A stretch of DNA of 64,000 bases. Source: Callorhinchus milii (taxonomy: Eukaryota). Made by a program: the position numbers and the translations under genes. The stretch spans positions 14,138,001 through 14,202,000 of the forward strand of contig NW_024704742.1 in NCBI RefSeq assembly GCF_018977255.1, in the 5' to 3' direction. The notes under the pieces are model-generated. The model had not been told where the DNA came from. It did no database searches and saw only the letters and a program-made list of their open reading frames with translations. Each line of letters starts with the position of its first letter. Within the stretch, counting starts at the first letter, position 1. This document shows, piece by piece, positions 1 through 12,600 of the stretch.

Positions 1-121
1 CTCTGTTCATCAACTCCTTTAAACATGGAACTAGATTAATATCTGGTTATGGAGAGATACATGGTAAAAAGTGTATAGCATGATGAGTCTAGACAGAGAT
101 GATGAAATACTCCATGGAATA

Positions 122-1088
122 CAGCAACAACAACAACAAATTATATTTGTATAACACCTTTCACGTCGGGAGGACGTCCCAAGGCACAGGAAAATCAGTG
201 TTTCAGGCCCGAGCCGGGGGTCAAGATTGGGGAAGATAGAGGGCAGGGGGGAAGGAGAATGATCAAAGACAGTCGAGGAGGAGGGTCGTGAGATGGATCT
301 TGAAGGAGGCAAGGGAGGGGGCGAGGTGCAGGGATGGAGTTCCAGAGGTTGGGGGCAGAGTGGCTGAAGGCCCGTTCGCCATTGGTGGGGCGGGTGAGAT
401 GAGGGACGTGAAGCAGGCCGGAGCCCGCTGAGCAGTGGGAGCAGGCTGGTAGGGTGTTAGGAGGTCAGAGAGGGAGGGGGGGAGTAAGGCCATGAAGGGC
501 TTTGAAGGTGAGGACCAGGATCTTGAACTGTATCCTTTGTGTGATGGGTAGCCAGTGGAGTCAGGCGAGGATGGGGGTGATAGGGTTACGGAGCCTGGTG
601 TGGGAGAGGATACGGGCTCCAGAGTTCTGGATGATCTGCAGCCTGTGGAGAGGAGTTGGGGAGGCCGACAAGCAGGGAGTTTTTATAGTCAAGCCTGGAT
701 GTTATGAATGAGTGTAGGAGGGTCTCGCCAGCCTGCGGTGTGAGCCAGTGGCGGAGCCGTGTGATGTTGCGCTAGTGGGGGAAGGCAGAGCAGGTGATGC
801 CATGGATGTGGGGTAGAAAGGATAGTTGAGGACCCCAAGGTTCCGGAATGGCTCAGTGAGGTGGATTGCGCATCCTTGTGGATGGTGATGCTGTCAGCGC
901 CTGAGTTGTGGAGGTGCTGATGGGAGCTAATCAGGATGGCCTCGGTTTTGTTGATGTTCAACTGTAGAAAGTTAGCTCTCATCCAGGACTTGACATCTAG
1001 CAGACATTCTGTCAGGACAGCAGTGGTCCTGGAGTCGAGGGTGGAGGCAGAGAGATAGAGTTTGGGGTCATCTGCATAAATGTGGAAG
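122..1088 (-). mobile_element. L2 LINE 3' fragment (RT C-terminal region, 3' UTR, (TTG)n tail), decayed
   Basis: ORF 689-1111 has the RT motif FHIYADDPKLY and WMRANFLQLNINKTE. The 3' end GGGACGTCCTCCCGACGTGAAAGG..(TTG)n lies at 122-186 on the minus strand. Confidence 0.9.
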
Positions 1089-1205
1089 GAAATACAATAA
1101 TTCCTGTGCAACGAGGCTGAAAGTGTAATCTGGATAAAGCAATTGGTCAGGATTGAATAATAATAATTTGAGTATGGAATGATATCCTGGAGCTTTTATT
1201 TGATT

Positions 1206-1398
1206 ATCGTAGAAGGAAAGGATAAATAATTCGCAGAACACTGTCTACTTGGAAGTTTTACCTTTTTTGGCCAGATTCCATAACAGCAGCACTAATTGTA
1301 CGCAGCATGTTGGAAGTCATAGCCTCAGTGGCTTAATATCATTCACACTCTCTTCACAAGATCACCAGGGAAATTTGGATGAAGAAGTCTCTTGCAGC
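1206..1398 (+). repeat. Donor copy of an exact 193-bp local duplication (other copy 2111-2303)
   Basis: Base-by-base comparison shows identity from ATCGTAGAAGG to CTTGCAGC in both copies. Confidence 0.95.
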
Positions 1399-2100
1399 AT
1401 ACTAATCCTACCACGTCATTTAGAAAGGAAAGTCCCAACACTGGGGAGGCAGTGTGCCCTTTAGAAACCTAAGGGAAGATGTGAGACGACAGTTTTATTC
1501 CAGTAAGAAGCTGTTATTTTCCAACTTTATTGAATGTATTGATTGTGAGAAACAGTTTCACATCTACGTTTTTATTAGGCATGAGCACAAAATATCACTT
1601 CTGCAGGTTCCCTTTGAATGAACTCAACTAATGTTTATCAGGCTTTTAAACCAGATGTCGTCCTTCAAACCTTTTCTGTTCTCCACAAAAACCCCTCAAA
1701 CACTCTAACTAATGCATTACAAGAAGCTAACTAATCGACATTAGAAATCGCAACATTTCAACTAATCAATCAAATACAGGATGGACGAGTCAACATCTAA
1801 AGTACCTGAGAGGCATCCCAAACCGTGTTCAATTTACAAAGCATTTATGAGGCTAAAAAGGCAACTATGGGTTGATTTAGTGCATTCTTGCTCCGCAGTA
1901 AAGTACAAAATACATGTTAGGCTCCAACTGGCAGCTGTGTCATTTATTAAGCATTTATAAGTTAGGTTGCTCCAGTTATGCTGCCTATCTGTGGCGTTTG
2001 ATTTCATAGGTACCGGCTACTTTACAGTACCACAACAAAGTGGGCATTGCTGAAGTTTGAAGTTAAGCAATAGATGTCAGCAGGTTATTCAAAACCAAAC

Positions 2101-2361
2101 TATACAGTCAATCGTAGAAGGAAAGGATAAATAATTCGCAGAACACTGTCTACTTGGAAGTTTTACCTTTTTTGGCCAGATTCCATAACAGCAGCACTAA
2201 TTGTACGCAGCATGTTGGAAGTCATAGCCTCAGTGGCTTAATATCATTCACACTCTCTTCACAAGATCACCAGGGAAATTTGGATGAAGAAGTCTCTTGC
2301 AGCTGTGTTGATATTCTGTGAAGCGCTTTAAGCCGCTATATTAAATGCAAGGATTATTATT
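2101..2361 (+). mobile_element. SINE 3' fragment interrupted by the 193-bp duplicate (2111-2303)
   Basis: TATACAGTCAAT precedes the duplicate and ATATTCTGTGAAGCGCTTT..ATGCAAGGATTATTATT follows it; these are nearby segments of the SINE 3' region. Confidence 0.75.
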
Positions 2362-2411
2362 AGACTGTGGAATCAATCAAGCCAAATCCAGACTTTTCCT
2401 CACATCCACAC

Positions 2412-2412
<1 letters not shown>

Positions 2413-2442
<30 letters not shown>

Positions 2443-2444
2443 CA

Positions 2445-2472
<28 letters not shown>
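2413..2472. repeat. (TACA)n microsatellite
   Basis: Direct reading of the tandem repeat. Confidence 0.95.
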
Positions 2473-2475
<3 letters not shown>

Positions 2476-2708
2476 TTGTATATTTGTGTATATATTGTAT
2501 ATTTGTATACTGATGGAAACATCAGAGGTTACTAAATGACAAATATGAGGGGCAAATAATTTCTGGCTGATTAATATTTGAAGCTCCTCCGAGTTAAGAT
2601 TATCTTGGTTAGGTTACATTGTTTTATTTTCAAGGTGATTTTTTTCAAGTTTTCCCATCCTGAATTGGTAGTATTCTGAAAACAAAACTAACCTTTGCGC
2701 AGAAAAAA

Positions 2709-3180
2709 AACAACAACAACAACAACAAGATTCCATTTATAGAGCGCCTTTCACGTCGGGAGGACGTCCCAAGGCGCTGTACAGTTGGGTCAGGACCTGA
2801 GCATTGGGGGGGAAATGGTCAGGGTGAGGGGAGGGAAGGGAGGGAGCGAGGAGGGGGGTAGAGAGTCGAGAGGGGAGCTGAAGGCTTGGTCAAAGAGAAA
2901 GGTCTTGAGACCGGCCTTGAAGGAGGAGAGGGAGGAAGCAAGGCGAAGGCACTGGGGGATAGAGTTCCAGAGCCTAGGGGCTGAGAGGCTGAAGGCCCGG
3001 CCACCGATGGTAGGGCGGTTGGGGCGGGGGATGTGGAGCAGAGCGGAGCCAGAGGAACGGAGGTTACGGGCAGGTAGGTAGGGGGATAGTAGGTCGGAGA
3101 GGTAGGAGGGAGCAAGGCCGTGAATGGCCTTGTAGGTGAGGATGAGGATCTTGAAATCGATCCTCTGGGGGATGGGGAAC
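2709..3180 (-). mobile_element. Young L2 LINE 3' fragment
   Basis: Open frame RIDFKILILTYKAIHGLAPSYLSDLL..RAFSLSAPRLWNS..SSFK (L2 ORF2 C-terminus), a 3' UTR and a (TTG)n tail. Near-identical to 34137-34314. Confidence 0.92.
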
Positions 3181-3600
3181 AACAACAAACAAGAACAACA
3201 ACTTGCATTTACTCAGTGCCCTTCACGCAGGATAACATCTTGGTGTGTTTCACAAATACTGGGTTGTAGTCAAAGAGGTAGGTTTTAAGATAGACAAATA
3301 GAGAGGGGGTGACACAGAGGGTTAGAGGAAGGGAATTCCAGAGGTTGGGGCTGTCGATCTGAAAGCTCAGCCACCAATGGAAGTACAAATCTTGTGGATG
3401 GTGAAGCTAGGGAGACCAACGAGGAATGCATTTGAAAAATCTAGGCATGATCAGTGGCATTTGGTGGGAGATAATGGCAGAAGCATGGAATGTGGTGAAT
3501 GTGAAGAAAAATCTTACCAAATGTGAGGCGCAAAATAGAGCTGAGGATCGACTAAGATTGTTCTAAATTGCATTTAATCTTGAGGCGAACTGAAGTAAAA
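3181..3600 (-). mobile_element. Older L2 3' fragment abutting the young copy
   Basis: (CAA)n tail followed by CTTGCATTTA and a degenerate GGGAATTCCAGAGGTTGGGG segment. Confidence 0.65.
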
Positions 3601-4149
3601 CATTTAATTTTGAGATAGAAAGTTTAATTTTGAGGTATATAAGGAAAAAGTACTTGATCTGAGAAATGTCAAGATTTCTTGGTGGCTTTATTCAATGGCT
3701 AGTCCTGAATGAATGTTAACAGAGTACAATACAATACAAAATTACATTGTATAGCACTTTTCACGTAGGGAGGATGTCCCAAGATGCTAACTACAGAAGA
3801 CAGCAAGACAGTGAAGAATTACAACCCACCCACCCAATCCAATTTTCTACATCTGCCATCCATTTTTCCCATTAAATTATTCGGCCTCAATCCACAAGCC
3901 CTTTCCCTTTTCCCATTCAGTTGATGGTCTGATCTTAGAATTTAAGGCTTCTGCTTTTCGCAGTGTAAAGTGATCCAAAGAATAGATAACTTGGTAGTTA
4001 AATCACGAAAATTATGGTGTCTAGTACTCAGTTTACATTGGAGCCAAATCAATGAAAAGAATCAGGTGACTTAATTACTGTTTGCCACTATGAATGACAT
4101 GGGTTCTGAATCAACTGAAGCCAATTTGCTTTTACGAGTGACACTTATA

Positions 4150-4660
4150 GAAGCTGAGTGGGATGATTGCCTGCCCCAATGAATGGTCTGCCCTTCCAGG
4201 TCCTGACGATGAGCCAGGCTGACTAATAACAGCATAGTTAACTGGCTCATTGGCAGGACCTGGAAGGGCAGACCAGTCACTAAGGTCAGGGAGTCATCCC
4301 ATTCAGCCCCTGCTAACTCTGCAAACCAAAGCTCTATTAGGTAGGGTGGTCCAAGCTGGACATGCAGTAGGAAAGCTTGCCAGACAGTGATATCAAGGAG
4401 AAGCTATGTAGTTTTAGCTGGTTAGATTCCAGCAGTACCTGCAATGCACACTCTGAGGTCCCCAAGCCTTGGGCCCAACCTGCGCCTAGGGCCCAACCTG
4501 CGCCTAATACTTTCCAGAATTAGATAAGTTGGATGCGAACTCCAGGCAGAGACAGTGCATCCATTACAACAATCAATCTCTAGAACTTCCATGTGTAGGT
4601 GGGATGCATGGAAATCTCAGATTGGTTTTAAGCATGGTGATGGGATTCTGGAGGTGTCAG
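4150..4660. repeat. Unclassified interspersed repeat, copy A, containing a foldback (4153-4307) and an 18-bp tandem duplication (4471-4506)
   Basis: Homologous by eye to 28942-29145 (same orientation) and to 30035-30630 and 42108-42690 (opposite orientation). Confidence 0.75.
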
Positions 4661-5269
4661 ACACACGGCTGACCAAATAAAAAAGCTTATACAATGAAAA
4701 GTTGAGCCACATATACCAGGACGTTTCCATCCCCCACAATGTGATCTCAGTCTGGGAAGCAGTTGAGGTGATTTCATTGGACATAGCAAACTGAGATAGA
4801 GAAGGGCAGGAAGCAATCCCCATTCCCATTCTTGATCTTAAAAACTCAGGAAAGCACAAATGCTTGATTCGACTGTTACTTTTAGTTTGTCAGCCAATAT
4901 AGTGGCAATACATACAAAGTGGTAATAACAGAGTTTCACTTCCAATATGATTGAATTTCCTCAGAGAAACATTCAAGATGAGCCATTTTGCAATAAAATC
5001 AGTCTGTCATTTTTTTTGCAGTGCCTGAGACTGCAATTCTTTGCAGTGGATTCCATTGCCAGCACTCACATCTGCCTGGTGTGACAAGAAGTTAATAAAG
5101 TGTTTATGCAGATAAAAACACTGAAGAGAGAAGTTACATTAGGGAAGAGCTTATTACTTTTAAAAAGTGCCACCACTTGGTAAGAAAACACGCAGACCTG
5201 GAATAGGGATACTTTATAGGGATACTGAATGCCCAAACTGGGAACGATTTTCTTTTTGCAACAATATTA

Positions 5270-5490
5270 AAAGAATTTTAACCAATCCTAGATTTAGTCT
5301 ATTTAAGTTACATTTTAGAGCATCCATAATTTGGCACTTTGATGAATTCAGTTTTAACTCTGAAGCTGGTTTTCTATAGTTCTTTTAAAAAAAAACCTTA
5401 CAGAAAATCAGCTTCAAAATTAAGCGTATGTTTAAGAAGTCCAAAGGCAGGGAGTGGAATTTAGCCCCAGTTTAGACCCAAATTAAGGAA
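5270..5490. mobile_element. Palindromic MITE-like repeat fragment
   Basis: Internal inverted arms TGAAGCTGGTTTTCTAT / ACAGAAAATCAGCTTCA. Same family as the copies near 44170, 50986, 58730 and 61518. Confidence 0.6.
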
Positions 5491-5619
5491 AGGTTTTAAG
5501 GATAGGGTTTTCTGTCATATTTTCTATCCTTCTGTCAATCAGCAACAACATTTTACAATTATATGGTACCTTTCAGATCAGGAGAACACCTCAAATGGCT
5601 TTACATTTTGTGAAGAGCT

Positions 5620-5972
5620 TTCACCTACAAATCCATTCACTCTTGACAGCTGCTTAGCACTCTGATATCCTACCTTACTCCTCCATTTGCCCCCTCTGCT
5701 CAGTTAACTCAGGCTTGCTGCACATCTCCACCCTCTCCACACTACCATCGGTGGTCAAGCCTTCAGTTCCTAACCTCTGGAACTCCCTCCCCCTGTCAAT
5801 CTATCTCACCCCTTTCTTTCCGTCTTTAAGTCGGTCTTCAACTCTTACCTCTTTGAATACCCTAGGCTGCCACCCACCAGCTCCCCCCAACTTCCCCCTC
5901 TCTTTCACTCAGTGTCCTATGCACTCAGTGATTTACTCTATGTGAATGTCCTCTATAAATGCAAGTTGTTGT
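5620..5972 (+). mobile_element. Old L2 3' fragment
   Basis: AACCTCTGGAACTCCCTCCC (LWNSL) and a TATAAATGCAAGTTGTTG end. Confidence 0.7.
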
Positions 5973-6849
5973 CGGACTGGGATCCATGTTGTACTTCTAC
6001 ATCAGATTTGATGTTATTTTCTGCAATATTCCTTCAGATACTGAAAACTACAGAACAGTTCATGAATGTTAGTGTTTGAGGGAGTGAGGGAAGGATGGCT
6101 TGGTTCGAGGAAGGCAGAGATGAAATTACAGCTTGGTTAGAGGAAAGTAGAGATTTTAATATTGATGCTCATTGTTTGTCCTCAAAACTTACAGAAACTG
6201 AGCATCTCATGACAATTGTCATTATAAGCCTCAGCAATACCAGTGAAAGCACATAGAAATGAGTCAGAGAGTAGTCATAATGTGCCTGTGGTCCAGCATA
6301 TTCAGTGCAGCGTCAACCGTGTAGGAGTCACTGCACCTTATGTTATTGCACATCAGTTGCTTTCTCTCTTGGTTAAAAGGAGTTGATTAGATTGTAGCCC
6401 TACTTGCTCTGCCAGGAGCAACAATGTCCTATTAACCTTAGCGTGTTGTGGAAACCAAGAATGAATTTATGACTTTTTTTTAATCAGATCTCTGATTGTA
6501 CAAGGAGGAACGTTCATGAGTGCCACTCACTGTGCAGCCACAGCCTTAACATGCAATAAAATGAAGGCAATTTCTCAGTTCATGCTCTGTGCATGGGTAA
6601 AACACGGGATGTCAATGGATAGTCCACAGTGGAGCCCCATTAGAAGGTGATTGTTGGTGACCATGAAATTTCAACCAAACAACAGCGCTTCCCTACTCAT
6701 GCTAACCTGCAGGAACCAATGTGCATATGTGATAGAAACAACATCAGTGGTAACCTGCTGATCCAGATGTTCTCCCTTATTTTAGCACCTGGAAGTGAAA
6801 ATGGCCAACCTCTAGGGCATTAGGTTTCTCCCACTGATGCTATTTTTTT

Positions 6850-7690
6850 TGTTGTTGTTTCCATAACTACGCTAAACCTAATGATGTTGTGATCACTGTT
6901 GTCCAGATGCTCTTCTCCTGAAACCTGCTCCACTTGCCCCACTTCATTCCCCAGAACTAGGTCCAGCACTGCTTCCTTCCTCGTTGGGCTAGAAACATAG
7001 TGTTCCAGAACATTATCCTGCACACATTTCAGGAATCCTTCCCCCTTCTTGCCCTTTACCTGTTATTTTGCCAGTCTAAGTTAGGATAATTGAAGTCCCC
7101 CATTATCACTACTCTATTGGTTTTCCATCTTTCTGAAATCTTCCTGTAGATTTGCTCGTCAATCGCCTTCCCAATGTTTGATGGTCTATAGTATACACCT
7201 AACAGAGTAACAGCTCCTTTTGTGCTCCTTAACTCTAACCAAATAGATTCTGTTTTTGGACCCTCTAGCACATCGTCTCTTTCCAGGCCCATAACTGTGT
7301 GTTTAATCAATATTGCTACACCTCCCTCCTGTTATTCCTTCCCTATCCTTCCTGAATAAATTGTAGCCAGGAATATTCAGATCCCATTCCTGCCCTTGTT
7401 TGAGCCAGATCTCCGTTAATGCCACTACGTCATAACCCCATGTGGCAATTTGAGCCTGCAGCTCACCAATCTTGTTTGTCACACTCCGTGCAGTTAACGG
7501 ACAAGTACTCCAAGACTGACTTAGTCTGTTCTGCATTTCTTCCCCATCTAATCCCTCCTTTTTCTGGATTACTCCTGATTACATTGCTATTCGTCTCTCC
7601 CAGCCCTCTATGTAACTTATTTGTCCTCTCTAATGCTACATCCTGATTCCCTTACCCCCTCAAAATTAGTTTAAACCCTTCTCCAGTGTC
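6850..7690 (-). mobile_element. CR1 LINE fragment: ORF2 N-terminal apurinic-type endonuclease domain, frameshifted
   Basis: Peptides NARS-like/DVVALTEIWL, ESIWLEL..LGVYYRP..IMGDFNYPNLDW and PTRKEAVLDLVL..NSDHNII in ORFs 7303-7536, 7056-7310 and 6820-7023. Confidence 0.92.
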
Positions 7691-8004
7691 AAAGACGAGC
7701 TGATGTTCTGGGGGTCAGCCACTCAGTTTTCCCCATGCTCGCAAAACAAATATAGAGCCAGTGCTCATTTTGGATTTTTGGTTTAAGTAGACCTCAGAGT
7801 TCACATCCCAACCCGAATATAAACAAACCTTAGTTATAGTGAAGTGCTTTATGATGGGGTTATACATTAATATACAGCACCTTCGGGATATAATTTTCCC
7901 AATTGACAACATTCTAAACATTTGTGTGGCTGGGAGCTGCACCTGATTATTGGGAGGCTTTGCTCTTGGCTTTTTATCCCCAGTTCCATTGCCATTTATA
8001 ATAT

Positions 8005-8370
8005 ATAATAATAATCTGTACATTTGATATAGTGCGTTAACAAGTCTTCAAGACGTCTCAAAGCTCTTCACAGAATATACTGTAAAGTGAGTAGACTATA
8101 TATTTTGTGGGTGAAATGCGGCAGCCAATTGTCCCACAAACAGTCGTGGATTGAGTGACCAAATTATTATTATTTATTTTTTGGAAGGCATTATTATTCC
8201 CAGAAAAATGATCCGCCAATCAACTAACAATTGGGTTCCTACTTATTGCTAGGTGAACAGAGGCATGTGGAGTAAGGAAACTTGCCCAGTGTTTCACCCT
8301 GATGGGATTTGAACCCAGGTTCTCTTGAGTGCGAGGCCAGTATTCTAACCAGTGAGCTACAGGACTCCAC
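8005..8370 (-). mobile_element. tRNA-derived SINE, long form
   Basis: Head GTGGAGTCCTGTAGCTCACTGG, an extra internal segment of about 75 bp, a Deu-like body and a (TTA)n tail. Confidence 0.85.
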
Positions 8371-9619
8371 TTAGGTAGTGGCAATCAGTGAATAAAAACT
8401 AGCTCAATGGTCATGGGCAAACATGTTGTGAACAAATGCCATTTGTCCTCCTTAATGCTCAGCATATGGAGACCTGAAAGATCCCTGAGAGTATATCTGC
8501 TTAGCACAGCAACTCTGTTCTCTTGAGTAAAACTGAGGTGCACTTTAACAACAGCTCTAAGCATCTGAAGGCTGGAATTTTCTGATCACGCCACATTCAG
8601 CTGATTGCTTGCTCTATCCGATATAATTTTCCCTTTGATGACAGGGCATGCTTGGGAGAAATGACTGTTCAATGAACTAAATACATCACACTTGATGGTA
8701 GCGGTGGTGCTGAGGTAAAGCATCAAATGAATCTGGTTTCCATCAATCTGCTGCTATTGATTTTGGCTGGCTGAGGTACTGATGTTCAATGAAAACTATT
8801 TAAAAACAGCAGAGCAATCGAGAGACTTACACCTCAGCCCAGCAATATATCACGTTCGATTGCACCTATAGTGTTAAATAGATTAGTTATTTACATATTA
8901 TATCCATTGCAAACTAGGTATTACCGGTACTTTGGAAAATAATCCTGATTCTTAAAGGGAGGATAAAGTCTAGATTCAGTACTACTTGTTTGAAGAATTC
9001 CCATTAAAGTTGGAGGCACGGTACTGAGGGAAGGATTCCTCAGCCTAGGAAACTAACTAAGAAATACTTTTTTTTTCCATTTATTTCTGGCAGGAGTACT
9101 TTGAACAAAAAAAAGTCTCTCTGGACTTGATTCCACCTTTAACTGTCATGTGTGATGGCTTTGGATGCATTTGGGTAGTTCCTAGAACATTCATTTGGAA
9201 CCTGTTTTGAAGTATTCGAGTAGAACAGCATCCAGTCAGTTGGACTTAGCGACTCATATGTTTTGTATGATATGAATATTATGTGAACAATAGTTAAGGA
9301 GCTGGTTTGTTGAATAGCCATTAGGTGGGCAAATTAGGTTTCCTGTAACACCATTTAGTTTTATAACAATGTGTCTGGTGTATCATTGTGTTGCTCTCAA
9401 TGTTACTTCACCATCCGCCATAACTGGAACTTTGTGTTTAACCTACGGATTCCATCTTACATTTGTTGAGAGGAAAAGAGTTGTGGCTCTCTGAGATGGT
9501 AACTTCTTTCACTTTGACATCCAAGAACACCAATCTTCGACTTCATCCGAAGGGTTTAGCATATATGCGTACAAACGTCAAAGCAGCAATTTGGTTTATT
9601 TCATGACGTGAAGCTAGTA

Positions 9620-9935
9620 TTAAAGGAGAAAACAACAGCCAATTGGTGCACAGCAATTTCCCACAAAGAGTATTTGGAGGATTGTTGGCCAGGACACCAA
9701 GAAAAACTCGCTTTTTTAAATAGTGCCATGGAATGTTTAATGTTCACCTGAACAAGCAGAAGGGATCTCGGTTTAACATTTCATCCGAAGCAAGGACTCA
9801 AACAAAATAGCACCTTAGCAATGTATTGGAATGTCATCTTAGACTTATATGAGTTCCAAGTGCTGACACGGGACTTGATCCCTCAACTTTGTAGCCCAGA
9901 AGCATGAGTTGCTATCAATTTAGTCAGGTTGACAT
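9620..9935 (-). mobile_element. Old DeuSINE (SacSINE1/AmnSINE1-like) fragment
   Basis: GCACAGCAATTTCCCACAAA, TTGGCCAGGACACC and AATAGTGCCATGG; similar to 15924-16320 in reverse. Confidence 0.7.
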
Positions 9936-9949
9936 GCTGTTGTGTACCA

Positions 9950-10060
9950 TTTCACTCACAAAATATACTGTCAATTGACTTTACAATATAGCCTGTGAAG
10001 ACCTTTGAGACATCTCGAAGATATGATAAGGCGCAATATCAAATGCAAGGATTATTATTA
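9950..10060 (+). mobile_element. SINE 3' fragment
   Basis: TTTGAGACATCTCGAAGATATGATAAGGCGC..ATGCAAGGATTATTATT. Confidence 0.8.
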
Positions 10061-12299
10061 TAGGGCTTGAGAGAAAACTGGGTTGTTAGAACTGTTGTTG
10101 AATCTGTGAGTAATAGACATTTCACTCCATAAATCTTGCACCCAATAACATCACAACAAAAAACAAATCAAACTAATCTTCAAGTAAGTGTATTTTTAAT
10201 ACTTTATATATTGAATATTTGTTATGCAACAACAGAGTGAATAAACTGAATCAAGTTGACAGCTAGTTACAAGAAATGGTATCCTTGGATGTACAGTGAT
10301 GTGCTTTGAACTGTGATCTTATGGTTTTATGCGTCATCTGAGCTCCTCGATTATGTAACTAGCTTTATATCTGATTTCTCCCCAGTCATTAATGTGGATC
10401 ATGAGAGGGAACATAATGGATTAAAATCACAATGTCTGAATTGTGTCTTCATGCACCAAAATCGCTTCTACTTTGCTTTTTTTAATGAAAAAACTAAAAA
10501 ATCAATCCTGTTTACATTACATTACATTACACAGTAGGCAGTGGAACCTGGCATTTTTGTTACTTGTTAGAAAACCCAGATAGCAGATGAAACTCAGCAT
10601 GCTTATGAAAGAGTGCCGGCTGAGTGTTATCATCACATCCATACGTAATTTACAAATACATCTATTCATAAGGCATGTGAAAGTAGAGCGTCTCTGCGAT
10701 GCAGTTGGCAAAGCCAGTGGATCCTCTCTCATTCACTGCTAGCCAAGTCGGCAGATATAGGTCTGATCCCAGTGCAGGGAAAGGTGATGAAGGCCTCTCC
10801 TGACTGATGGCTCAAAACCTTACGACAAACCAGCCGTTGCAGTCTCCAACAAATTCCCAATGGGCTACCGTGCAGATAATTCAGTATTCTGCGAAGTCTA
10901 CCGAATAAAAATGCCACTTGGTAAAGTGATATGGCAGTTTCTGATAAGGTTGGGACTGATGTAAAGTGATTGCAAAATGGATGCAAGTTGTGATCTCCAG
11001 GACATTCATCTTTCATCTTAATGAACATCATAAGCCAACAAATTGGGAAAGCAGAATAAAGGTAACATTCTAATTACTGCAGAATTTACATTCTGCTTTT
11101 TTGTACTGTGTGCTTTATGTGCACTATTTCTGGAAGGGAAATTGGAAATGTGTGATAACCTGAGCATATCTCTGAGATATAAGTTGCCATGTCATTAACA
11201 TTAATGATGTCTGTCACAGCCACTGTTGGTGCAGATGTGATGAAGATGCTGATTCATTGAAAATGGTATTTACAATTATAAGTAGTCAGAAACAAGCAAA
11301 GTCATTTATCTGCTATCTTCAAGCTTGTCAGGTGAAACCCTTACACCCTCCAGTGTAGTAATTACAACTTGGATCACTCTGCACTCTGAGATTAGAGGCA
11401 AGCCTTGACAGCAGCAGAATCGCTGGGTATTTTCACAGTAGAGTGTATTTGTAAATCAAAGATCCAAGTTATAAGAAGGAAGAATTCCCAGTTCATGGAT
11501 CCTTTTGTGTATGTTTTAGATATGGTTTGAATATTGAATTCAACCTGTGTTTTATATTAGTAAAAACTAAAAGCATTTTGAAAAGATGTTGAAACGACTA
11601 CATTTTCCAAGGTCATTTATTTCAAATCTATCTGACTTGAATTCTGCCTTCACTTTTGTCTACCTGTAAATTAATCACCAAGTTTATCCTATTTCTGGCT
11701 CTCTTCTCACCTTTTTCCCACCCTCTGCTCCACCACTGTGGAAATCAGACTGTATCAGAATTGCTGAGGATTGGTTCTAGAGCTGCAGTCAGCTTAAGGA
11801 TCAGCCTAATGCTGCCACTGAACTATTGTAGAAGGCTAATAATAACCAAACCAATGAATAATTGGGCTTGCAAGGCAATAAATCCAACCTAGGGACTCAT
11901 GTCATTGGATCTCTGCTATTGCATTTTGCACACTGAATTGGAACATCTTTGTTTTATGGAGTGGTGTGACATATTCATCACAGAAAGTCTGGAGATAATG
12001 CGATACTGTTGGCAATGTAAAACTACAGTGTCATTTACTTTTCATGTGCAATATGTGATTTGTGATCATAGATGTAGCTATTAAGACAGGTTATGCACTG
12101 AAAGAGCCAGTGTAAAGGTTGAACCCATCTTCAAAAAAGCCATACATTTATGCTTGGGCTTTTTTTTTGTTTTGGGCGCCCACTTTCATGCTGCCTGGAT
12201 CTTTGTTTAACTGTCTCTGATTCTTCTGTATTTGCAACTATGTTTTAAAAAAATAGCTTATTCTTTCTTGAATTACTGCTTATTTTTTAATTCGGTATC

Positions 12300-12600
12300 A
12301 AAATCATAGTAAATTCATAGCAGAAGATTCTGCCCATGATGGTTGTTCGTGGAACATTGCTGTGTGCAAATTGGCTGCCGTTATATGCTACAAAAATATA
12401 ATCACTGCACTTCACATTATATCCTGTGAGGTGCTTTCAGACTTCTTCCCAACATGAAAGCATTACATTACATGCAAATTATTATTTATCGTATCTGTGC
12501 TGGTGCTAGCTCATTAGAGCTATGTACTCACATTTCATCTCCTTGCTCTTTCTACATATCCTTCAAGAGTTCCATTCCCCTTTTGCCTCTTAAGTTTCTG
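12300..12600 (-). mobile_element. CR1 3' end interrupted by a Deu-type SINE 3' fragment (about 12340-12487, + strand)
   Basis: CR1-like end GGATATGTAGAAAGAGCAAGG..AGCACAGATACG / ATGGGCAGAAT..CTATGATT is split by GTGGAACATTGCTGTGTGCAAATTGGCTGCC..ATGCAAATTATT. Confidence 0.55.
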
